Shown piece by piece: positions 51,216-64,000 of a DNA stretch of 64,000 nt. The stretch's first letter is position 1, and each line of letters opens with the position of its first letter. Source of the DNA: Octopus vulgaris. Taxonomy: Eukaryota. Under the pieces are notes generated by a model, which was not told the origin of the DNA, ran no database searches, and was given only the letters and a program-made list of their open reading frames with translations. The translations under genes and the position numbers were made by a program. Location: positions 45,384,001 through 45,448,000 of the forward strand of contig OX597821.1 in NCBI GenBank assembly GCA_951406725.2, read 5' to 3'.

Positions 51216-53800
51216 GTATGTGTGTTTGTGTGTCTGTGTTTGTCTCCCCAACATCGCTTGACAATTGATGCTGGTGTGTTTACGTCCCTGTAACTTAGCA
51301 GTTCGGCAAAGAGACTGATAGAATAAGTACTAGGCTTACAAAGAATAAGTCCTGGGGTCGATTTGTCTGACTAAAGGCAGTGCTCCAGCATGGCCACAGT
51401 CAAAATGACTGAAACAAGTAAAAGAGTAAAGAGAGTATTACCTATGTCAGAATGTAATGTCATTTGTAAAGAACACTTTATCAAACTAATTTGAGTTGTA
51501 CTTTCATCATACTAAGGACATCAACATGACTGATGGTTTTCCATGTAAATAATTTTGAAATCATTTTGTGATAATGGGATGACCCACTTAACAATCTTAT
51601 GAGAAGCTTGTCTGACAATATCAAGATTTTATGAAAAGAAAAAGAGAAAAATATGTGCTGCAGTGACAGTGTCTCCAGTGTGAAAAATTTCTCCTATTGA
51701 ATATATTCTTATCTTTCAGCCCACTTTGTCATCACATAAGATTTACATTCAATATTGCTATCATGTGTTTGACACATGTATTTTATGTACTTTTCATTTT
51801 GAGACATTATTTCTCCAGCTACAAATTCAGAAGCACAAGCTGTAAGAGTTGTTTCATATTGAATAGACCATTTTACCAAAACTGAGTATTGTGTAAGAAG
51901 TTTTTTGTCTATTTAAGGAGCTGTGCTTGTGTTTCCTCAGGAAAAGACATTCGCTTTCTGCTGCAAGAAGAAACTAAACTTCGCCAGCAAATTTTGGTAT
52001 AAACTGGCAATGATAACTTATCAAACCCAAATATTTTCTTTACCTTTCACTTTGGAAACACTTATCCATTGGATCTTGATTATGAGAGTGTATGATCAGT
52101 GGATCCCTTCTTTCAAAATATTCACACGAAATATGGAAGATATATAATTAATTTATTTATTTGGATTAATCAATATACAGGCTCCTTTCAGTCTGATTAT
52201 AACTGCAATTTATTGATTCTTCAGTTTCTGCTAATTATGCTGTTAATTTGATAATTCCTCCAGATGATGATAAAATGTTGAAGAATGGAGTTGTTATTTT
52301 CAAGACCTATCTGAGGTCTATTTTCTAAAGTCTATTGCAAACACTCTTTCACAAACTTTGTTAGTATGCACTCTTTAAGACAACTGGAGGAAAATAAGAC
52401 CTAACCTAACATTAACTCTACATATTAGTGGACATTGTTTGGAGATGAAAAGTTATATAAGAAAAAGCTTGAATCTTGTCATTGATATCTACTTTGTAAT
52501 TTATTCATAATTTTTAATTTACCACCTTACTTTCACTCCTCAGTAATTGGTAATGTATCATTGTCATCATACATGAATGAAATATGAATTTCATTACTTC
52601 AAAGCTGTGGTTCATTTTCAAATTCCATTTCTTGTGTATACTGGGCACACTGAACAGATATTGTTTTTAATTGTAACTGATAATGAAATTTTAACTTCTT
52701 CAGCTTTTTATTGGTAGTAAATAATACTTTAAAACATAGCAGCATAACATATCTTTCAGAAAGTCAGCACTGGTTAATCTAGAGTTATAAAGGCTATTAA
52801 CCACAACAAAGGAGAAGTGCTGTTTGTCATATCTCTGAAGTTATCCTTAAGCAGTAATGCCAGCAATCTCAAGTTTTAACCTATCATAATAAGTTAAATA
52901 TCTTTCAGTAGGTTTGCTAATAAACAGTAACTTTATTATTAGCAAAACCAGAGTGATGGAACATGCTCCACCAGTTTCCAATTGCATTTGAAGTGCACAT
53001 TCATTCAGTTTAGAAGGAAGTCAATGTATTTTATTATATGTTACATAATTAATATTCAAAGTCACTTCCTCACCATTAGAGTGTTTAGAACTCATATCTT
53101 TAATAGAGATGGATTTGGAACTAATATCTTTAATACAGATGGATTTGGAAAGAGGACTTAGATCCACAGATTTACTGCAACAGCTCAATTTACCACAATT
53201 CAAGCATTTTTTCCCATATGTAGGACAAGACCTATGAGGATGGGATGACCAACAATTCTTGCAACTTGTTCAATTACTTGTTGGCAATAGTCCTTGATGG
53301 TCATATGAAATACGTCTGTATAAGAACTTGACTGCATGATTATTGATCCAATAGCCCTTGTTGGTAAAGTAAAATATATATGAGAACATAACTATTATTA
53401 TTGATCCAAGAACATATATTCATCCTGACAGCATAATTACAATAAGGTCTGAGATGGATGTTTTAAGTGACGTTTTTAGACAATCATGATACTTTATTTA
53501 TGTCTGAGTACAATTAATTCCAGTAAAATATGTCAATTCTATAGTCTCTGCTTTTAGGTCATCATTGATTGCAAAGAGTTTATGTATAGAATGTGCTTTG
53601 AACCATAAAAATTTACTCATTAGCTCGTTCTTTAGGTCCAAAAATAAACCTGTCTGAGATGATAAATCATCCTTTAGATTTAATTTTTCAGCTACACACT
53701 ATAGATCTTCAAATGAACAGACAAGAATTGGTGCAGGATATGGAACATCATTGACTATATCATTGATGCCACATGATGCAAGGAATTTTTGCTTAACCAC
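50330..53800 (-). mobile_element. Heavily decayed Ty3/Gypsy LTR retrotransposon internal region
   Basis: Minus strand Gag knuckle CKNCWSSHPHRSCPTYGKKCLNCGK (~53170-53270), RT remnants (~52080-52350), integrase remnants W..I.ID, IVIDSY, SKFDI..VLNSGLEF (~50400-50600), in Gypsy order. No LTR recognised. Confidence 0.65.
50996..51435 (+). mobile_element. SINE family A copy
   Basis: Colinear with 484-892. Confidence 0.92.
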
Positions 53801-53942
53801 TTCTAGTATCATTTATAGAATTGCTTAAATTTTCAATTTAATACAACAAATTATCAAGATGAAATAATTTAACTAATGTAAATCACTATGTTGCATAAAT
53901 TAATGTTGATTGTTAAATATCTACAATATGTAATATTTGCAG

Positions 53943-54074
53943 GTTTCCCAGAGCGTCCAAAGAATCTAAGAGTTTTGTGTCAGCCGCATGCTGGAAACAA
54001 ACAGGGATTAATGACATATGGTTCAGTTGTGGAACCAATCTTCAAAAATGCAAACACAAATATTGATTTCTCTG
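53943..54074 (+). CDS. CERKL: CERKL-like coding exon 3 (GFPERPKNLRVLCQPHAGNKQGLMTYGSVVEPIFKNANTNIDFS), start of DAGK-type domain
   Basis: tttgcag acceptor, G|gtaaaa donor, 132 nt, phase 1-1. Matches the CERK/CERKL pattern RPK.L....NP......Y...V.P.F. Confidence 0.95.
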
Positions 54075-54241
54075 GTAAAATATTTTACTGATTTTCATAT
54101 AATTTTATTATGGTATATCAATACCTCTATTTCATGTATGTTGTATCATCATTATTTCATATTGTTATGGCATTAATTGTGTGTTATTGAACTGTTTTAC
54201 TTTCAACTTGAAGAAGTAAAAGGGAATTACATATCTACACA

Positions 54242-54318
<77 letters not shown>

Positions 54319-54427
54319 ATATAAATCTCACTGTTCATCATTTTCAGAGATCAACAACAACAAAGTAGTCTTTTTGTAGAACAAATTAACAATGATTCTA
54401 CAACTGAGAACACCATTACTAGTATAG

Positions 54428-54471
<44 letters not shown>

Positions 54472-54799
54472 GAACTCAACACTTATCTCTGGTTCATCAA
54501 ATTCTGTTGAACCATCCAACCCAAGTCAGCATGGAATATGGGTATTAAATGAGCAAAATCAATATCTCAACTATTGATTCATAATGGATAGTACAAATAT
54601 ATGAAAATCAATGTCTTAACTACTGTAAGAAGGGCAGACCTAGTGACACACGAACATGGTAATACATATGAAAATAGGAATTTTAAAATGTTGGTAATGG
54701 AAGTAAATTTTAATGGAAGGATGACTAATTGATTTGTAATTAAAACTTCAACTAATAAAATTAGGTTCAGCCTGCAAGATACAAGGAGTTATCAAACAT

Positions 54800-55700
54800 A
54801 GAAGCACCACATTCTTTTAAAATTATATTTTGGTGACATCATTGCCCATTTCAGCTGGGAATTGTAGGCTGAAATGGACTAAAGTGAAAGGGTTTATCTG
54901 ATATTTTTGGGAGGAATATTTTTGGGCAAAGATTATGGAGTCATTATATTATTTGATTTGTTTTGAGATAACATTGAATTGAGTAGGACTCGTTGAGATA
55001 AAATAGTTCAGTTGCAAAATAATGTGAGCTTGATTTTTATGGGGGACATATGGCATTGGGAGCTATCCTTGACACAATGAACCTTTGGGTGATGTTGGGA
55101 TATTTTCCACATTTTATAAATGTTATAGTGCTTCTGATAGTATTGGAGAGAATAGAGATGGAGCTTTTTAAAGTGATTGTTGTAATCAAGGCCTGCTTTG
55201 ACATTTATTATTTAGTGGAGTTATTGACTTTCTCAGGTCTTCAGTTCTCAGAGCCTTGTGTTTGACATGGAGATATCATGGTAAGTAACAGCATTCAAAG
55301 TGAGTCTCAGCAAAGGGTAGTGAATAGGATCAAAGAGCACATTCTGTACATTATGTCAATTTTATTGATGGTGTAGTGCTGCTCTAGTTTATGTTGTTGA
55401 CATTTACACATAAGTCTCTAATATTATTTTACATCATTTGATGTCCTCTTGCAGAAAAACAGTTTGGTTGTTTAAGCACATGATAGATGTGATAAAATTT
55501 TTTTCTCATTTAGCAACATGTTATTTTTCTTGCTCATTGAATCAAATTGAAGTTCTGTCCAGCCACTTAACTTGTTGAAAACTTTCTGAAAGTTAGAGTC
55601 ATCTGCAAACATTTTTATTTTACTGTATTTGGTGACACTTGTCATGTCATTTATGTCAATTAGGAAAAGAAAATGGGCCCCCAAAACAAAATAGTCATAT
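54800..55700 (-). mobile_element. Degraded CR1/L2-group LINE RT fragment
   Basis: VLGAHFLFLIDINDM...IKMFADDS. Confidence 0.7.
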
Positions 55701-56591
55701 TTTAAAATTCTTAGATTGTATAGTTTTCCATGAAAAGACACTCCAAATAGAAGCTAAATAGCTAAATGGTAAATCCGGGAGGTAAGTTATGGGTGCAAAT
55801 CTGTTACAGCTCATTTCTTGTATTTTTGAGCTGGACATGCCATTGTAGGAATATCAGACTCACCTAGAATTTGGCAAATGTCACAGAGGAAAACATCAGC
55901 TCTAACTTGTAAAAAGTAACTGAATCTAGCGCTGAACACCGATTTTATGGGACACACTGACTCAAAGGGTTACTTTGGCTTAAGATGGCTGTTCAGCTCA
56001 TTTTAGATCTGGCTTAAGGTGACACTTTGGATCAAGATAATAATGGTTCAATGTGATGCACTAGATCAAGATAGTACCCTGGGTCAAGTTGACATATTAG
56101 ATCAAGGTGACACTCTTGATCAAAACAATAGCAGTTCAAGGTGGTGACTTACTAGATCAAGGTAATACACTGGATCAGAGTGACCCTGGATTGATACAAT
56201 AATGGTTCAAAGTGACATGCTGGATTAAAGTGACATACTGGTTTGAAATGATACTCTTGGCTCAGATTGAGTCATAAAAATTGTAACAATTTTAACCAAC
56301 ATAAATTAATTAATATGAATATATAAGGGTAGTAAGTGGTGGAATTGGCAGAATATTATACTTAGTTACATTTCTCTATGTTCCAAGTTCAAATCCTGCA
56401 AATGTTATCCTTATATTTCAGCCTTCCAGACTTCTGGATGGGCTTCGTTCCCTTGACTACCCTCCCTACCTCAATATATGAGGCATTGTATTTGTTATTA
56501 TTATTCTTTATTTTAGTAAATCTCTGTACCGGATGTAGAATGTAAGAAAATATTTTTCTGTTTTAATATATTCTATTTATTTTCCTTTCAG

Positions 56592-56658
56592 AAGTGGAGA
56601 ATACTGGTGAACAGCTAACAGATTTGATTGAAGATATGGACTTGACAAAATATGACTG
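56592..56658 (+). CDS. CERKL: CERKL-like coding exon 4 (EVENTGEQLTDLIEDMDLTKYD)
   Basis: ttcctttcag acceptor, TG|gtcagt donor, 67 nt, phase 1-2. DL..YD motif precedes the GGDG strand and the exon bridges exons 3 and 5 in frame. Confidence 0.9.
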
Positions 56659-56859
56659 GTCAGTATGAGTTCAGTAGCATTGTATTTCAAACTATAATAT
56701 CACAGCTGAACATCTTTAATTATCTCTTGATATACTGATAAAATGTGTACTATACATACATATGTATATACATATACACGCATATAAATATATGTATGTA
56801 TATGAGTGTATGTGTATATAGCTATATAAATATATGTGTGTATTTGTATATATATATTT

Positions 56860-57420
56860 CATCATCATCATCATATGATGTCTGATTTCCATCATGCTGA
56901 CATGGACTGGACGCTACTATGCAAGAGGACTGTACCAAGCTCTACTGTCAGCCTTGGCATGGTTTCTATGGGTGGATGCACTTCCTTAGGTCAACCACTT
57001 TACAGAGTATACTGAGTGCTTTTTATGTGGCATTAGCAACAGCGAGGTCACCAAATAACATGCAAGACAAAGACCCCTCAACTGAAGGGGGGATTGGTAT
57101 TGAGAGAGGTGACTTTGTGGCAGGTGATGAGAGGTTAAACTATGATAGGACAGAAACAGGTGTCTTGCTGCAGAGAAGATACATGGCTACCCTAGTCAGA
57201 GAGGGAGAGAGAGAGAAAATGAGTGAGAGAGAGAGAGAAGAGGATACTGAAGACATACCAGGGTATACCCATACCCTCAAGGTACAAGCAGATGAGTATA
57301 AGTGGAGTGCAAAAGGAAAGTGGGAGAGAGAGGAAGATAAGGTAAGTGGAGTGGGTGGTGAATGATATAGTTGGCAGGGGTATGGCAGAAGAGAGAACTG
57401 ACAAAATGGCAACAAACATA
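56860..57420 (-). mobile_element. Diverged RTE 3' UTR with (GAT)n tail
   Basis: (CAT)n followed by the reverse complement of the conserved RTE tail and a purine-rich tract. Confidence 0.65.
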
Positions 57421-57449
57421 AGAATTGTTAATGGTGAATGAAAGAATTG

Positions 57450-59609
57450 TTAGCGGCAAACTGATGACTCGTACTTTCAATTTTATATTTTTATTAATCA
57501 GTCAATTTATTTTCTTGCTTCCCACCACATTATAATGAGCAAAGAAAAAAAAAACGAAGTTGTACCTGCAAAACTTCTAAAAGGAATGGCTTAAGATGCC
57601 AGCATTTACTAAGTGGCTGTGTGAAGTACCTAGTGACTAATCTAAAGCACCTTGCAGATATCGTAGATGTAATATGTAGGCCAAATATTCTCTTTTAGTA
57701 AACCACTGTGAAGCAAACAAACATAAGGCATCAACTCCACAGCAAATGATTCTTCTTAACAATTTTATTAAAACTAAAAATGATAAGACATCTCTGCTTG
57801 AAGCAAATTTAGCAATGTTTATTTTTTGCCACTCATCATTTAATAGCTGTGATCACTTAATAGAGTTATGTAAGAATTATATGTCTGATATCCAAAGTGA
57901 AGTTGCATTGTACAAAATGTGCAAATATTGTGAGAAATGTTCTAGCTCCATATTTTGATGGAGATTTGATTTCTGATATAGGAGATAGAAAATTTAGCCT
58001 GTTATTAGATGAATCCAATGAGATATCGATAAACAAGTTGTTAGGAATTGTTATCATATATTACAGTGAGACTCACAAAAAAGCGGTACATACATATCTC
58101 AGGATGGTATCTTCAAAAACATGTGATGCAGATGGCATTGTAGATGCCTTGAAAATTGAATTAATGAAAAAGAAATTAGATATAAAAAATTTACTGGCTA
58201 TAGGAACCAACAATGCTAGAGTAATGATAGGAGTCAACAATGGTGTTTCCTAGAAATTAAAAGAAGTTCCACCATTACTTCTATTTAGATGTGTATGTCA
58301 TTCTTTACAGTTGGCAGTATCCCACATATAAATGGTTCATATAAATGCCTACAAACAACTTTACCTTGTTATCAATGATAAAAAGCCTTTGAAGATTGTG
58401 ATTCTTGTACAACTAGGTGGCTATCAATAGAACCAGCTGTAAATAGAATTTTGAGCCAATGGTTTGAATTGCAAACTCACTTCCAAACTAAAACTACAAA
58501 AGAAAAATGCTTTGCAGCACAAATGTTACATGAAATGTTTTGTGATTCTAAGAATTAACTTTACCTTTTGTTTTTGCATCCAATTTTAAAACATGTTCAG
58601 GAAGTGAATAAACTGTTTGAATCAAACACTGTCGACATAACAAAATTACTTGAAGATCTTTCAAATTTGATCAAATCTGTTGCTAATATGATAGTGTTGC
58701 CAACATGTAGAATAGATCCTCTTGATCATGATGCTTCTCTTGAAAAACTTCTGGATCCTAAACCAAATTTAGGCTACAAGTTTGAGAGAAAGATAGCAGA
58801 AATGATTATCAAGAAGACTGTAACAGCCACCAAAGAAAATATTATTTGCAAAAGAGCACAACAATTTTTAATCTCCCTTTATAAAGAGTTCAAGCACCGT
58901 TTGCCAGAAAATATTAATATATTGAGGAATATCAAATGTTTTTCAGTAGAGAGTATTTTGCAGCATTTCAAAGAGCCAATTTTACCTGTCTTAGAAGCAA
59001 TGCATTTAAATGAAGAAAACATTGCTTCAATTGATGTTCAATTTAATAGCATTCATTTAGTTAAATGGATAAATACATCTAAAACTGAGGCATTTTGGCT
59101 GGAAGTCTTGGAATATAAAGATGCTACTGGAGGAAATCCTTTTAGAGATGTTGCAAATTTTGCCATTAATCTATTGACATTGCCAAACTCAAATGCAGAA
59201 GTTGAACGGTTGTTCAGTAGTATGGGTGTAATCAAATCAAAATTGAAAAACAAAATGCATCTTCCTATGCTTAGATCAATATTGTCTATAAAATATGGCC
59301 TGAAAAGATATGGCAAATGTTGCAAAAACTTTGATATTCCAAAACACATAATTAACAAGATTGGGACCTTGAATGTACACAGAAGTCAAAACCCAGGCAC
59401 TGCAACTGAAAGTGATCAAATCAGTGAAATTCAAGAAATTATTTCTCAATGCTAAATATAATTAAAGAAAGTAAATAAAAATGTAAATAAAAATTAAGCT
59501 TTTTGCTATAATTAGGCTTTAGCATTTTCTTTTTTCTTATTTAGCATTTTTTTGATATTCTTTCTACTGTAATTTAGCATAAATTTCTGATTTTAAGTTG
59601 GTAACACTG
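57450..59609 (+). mobile_element. hAT transposon with pseudogenised transposase (ZNF862/Tip100-like)
   Basis: N-terminal zinc-finger remnant, FSLLLDESNEIS, RCVCHSLQLAV (CxxH), TRWLS, NSNAEVERLFSSM; right terminus GTTGGTAACACTG. Stops and frameshifts upstream of the 295-aa ORF; left TIR not found. Confidence 0.9.
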
Positions 59610-59760
59610 GTATAAGGTTGTGGTTCCAAGTATCTATGTTAATACTGCATTGCTCTATGATCTGGTAAAAGGAATATGCATACAGTATAGGACTATTACA
59701 TAGTATGAAGAGCAGATATAGTATTAGAGGATAATGGAATGTAACTTGTTATTTCTTTAC

Positions 59761-59919
59761 AGGCGCGGTCCCAGGAATTTTTCAAAGTGGGGGAGAGCAC
59801 ATGGTCAGAAGGGAGTATAATTCTAGGTGAAAAGGATATAATAACATTATTTAGAAGGGTGCACTTCTTTTGTTGAGGGGGCACGTGCCCATCAGCCCTG
59901 CTTCTTTGGGTCCACCCCT
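59761..59919. mobile_element. Possible PIF/Harbinger-type MITE
   Basis: Imperfect TIR AGGCGCGGTCCCA / TGGGTCCACCCCT; GC-rich island in AT-rich DNA. Confidence 0.45.
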
Positions 59920-60851
59920 TTGGGTCATTTCTGAAACTGATGATTAAGATCAATGGTCAATTAGAAATTGAACCATTAGATGGTATGTTGAAATACAAAA
60001 AATCTGAGTATTTACCTGGCACAAATACTCAAGAAACATACATCAACCAATGGGAGTGATTAAGAAGAAAGGAGTGGTTTGCAACAATAACATGGGTAGA
60101 GATATAGATGATGTCAAAAGAGAAAGACATCAGTTTACGTTATGAGGTTAGAGTTGCTAGAATATACATGAAAGGTGGTCATTAGAATACTCCAAGTTGT
60201 ATATTAAGAGGAGAAAAAAAAGTCAACTTTACGATGATACAAGAAGGATCGAAATTTGAGGATATTATGTGTGATGTATGCTTGTGAATATAAAATGCAA
60301 AGAACAAATAAGGCCTAAAAGTGTGTGGCAGGAGGAAGGGAGTAGGCAAGGCATTTGCAAGTCATGGCTACTTAAACAGATAACTATCTACATATAGCTA
60401 CAAACAAATATATGCTTATAAAGGGGCACGCATGAATATATCCATGCAGATACATACACATATAAGCATACTTAGACACACCCATATATACATACATACA
60501 TACATACATACATACATACATACATACATACATACATACATGCATACATACATGCATGCATACATACATACATACATGCATGCATACATACATACATGCA
60601 TACATACATACATACATACATACATGCATACATGCATACATGCATGCATACATACATACATACATACATACATACATACATACATACATAATGCAACTAT
60701 ATGCATGAGAATACATACATAAAGCAAAACATACAAATCTGCACATATGCATACATGCATACATACATACATTCATACATTCATACATACATGCATACAT
60801 ACATACATTCATACATACATACATGCATACATGCATACATACATACATACA

Positions 60852-60885
<34 letters not shown>

Positions 60886-61239
60886 CATACATAATTATAT
60901 ATACACACTTTCTTTCATAAATCATAATGTTATTAGATACTGTATTGGCATCTTTATGGTAACTCCTACTCATTCATCTCTTAATGTTAACTCATATGTA
61001 TTGATCTCTTAAGCTTAACTCCAATATATATTGATATTTTAATGTTAACTTATAGATATTGATATCGGAAAGTTATTTACTCCTATATATCGATATCTTA
61101 ATGCTGCTAACTCTTATATATATATCGATATATGAATGTTACATATTCTTATAAATTAATATCTGGATGGGATTTGCTAATACACTACATACTGATTTAT
61201 TATATGTAGGGATATGTTTGTGTGTCTATACACACCCCA

Positions 61240-61303
<64 letters not shown>

Positions 61304-61499
61304 ACACACATGGGTGTTGTTAAATTTGCATTTTCTGAAACAGTTGCTGACATTGCTTCATGCTCTTCCTAATGTTAAGTGTTCGATTTTAAAATTGTGA
61401 AACCTGTTATCAAACAAGCAGGCTGAGATGGGTAGCATTTTGTGTCTTACCCAACTTTATAGTGCAATAGCTACAATTTTGTTTAAACTTGTGTGATAA

Positions 61500-63555
<2,056 letters not shown>

Positions 63556-63694
63556 AAAAATACTGTTTTTAGAGCAGTACCATAACCTCTCAGCTTTTCT
63601 GAAGCATTTCTTGTTGAACTGTTAAAGGAACCAATGTCTTCCCCCTGCTCCTATATAGTGATGTCTAACTCTATATTGTTTCTTTGTCTTACAG

Positions 63695-63843
63695 CTTAGT
63701 GGTAATTGGTGGTGATGGAACAGTCAATAAAGTGGTTAATGCTTTGATGAATAAAAGCAACAGCACCATTTGTCCTGCTGACTGGTTGTCTTCCAATGTG
63801 ATACCCAATAAACCTAAAATGAAAATTGGCGTTATTCCTACAG
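63695..63843 (+). CDS. CERKL: CERKL-like coding exon 5 (CLVVIGGDGTVNKVVNALMNK...KMKIGVIPTG), ATP-binding GGDG motif
   Basis: ttgtcttacag acceptor, G|gtattc donor, phase 2-1. GGDGT and IGVIP(T)G motifs of the DAGK/SPHK/CERK family. Confidence 0.95.
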
Positions 63844-64000
63844 GTATTCAGTTATCACACTTTAGAACATGTTTACATCTCTCCCTCTCTCTTCTTACAC
63901 ATATGTACATATGTACCTATACACATACACACATACACACACGTGCATGCATACACATATACATATGCATATATATATACATATATATATATAAAGGGTA

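Noticed and set aside
52911-52950. Short hairpin GGTTTGCTAATAA...TTATTAGCAAAACC
   Set aside because: Isolated AT-rich inverted repeat within decayed retroelement sequence, with no further support.

Overview
AT-rich, microsatellite-dense eukaryotic DNA. The SINE/LINE repertoire suggests a coleoid cephalopod, probably Octopus (inferred, not proven). The only host gene is the 5' part of a + strand ceramide kinase-like (CERKL/CERK family) gene. Five coding exons (8342-8489, 38589-38888, 53943-54074, 56592-56658, 63695-63843) have GT-AG boundaries and splice in frame into a PH-like domain plus the start of a DAGK-type catalytic domain (GGDGT); the gene continues past the window. The upstream region and introns hold two abundant tRNA-type SINE families, RTE LINE fragments, stacked R4/Dong-type elements in (TAA)n, a Penelope-like RT fragment, a fossil Gypsy element, hAT, piggyBac, Tc1/mariner and Helitron derivatives, a 393-bp tandem array and long inverted repeats. 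The least expected signal is about 11 minimal type I hammerhead-ribozyme-like motifs in short, mostly unrelated elements, many beside (TA)n/(CA)n tracts. One lies in a 355-nt unit with terminal redundancy that resembles a retrozyme or Penelope pLTR. Most ORFs in the supplied track are microsatellite or antisense artefacts.
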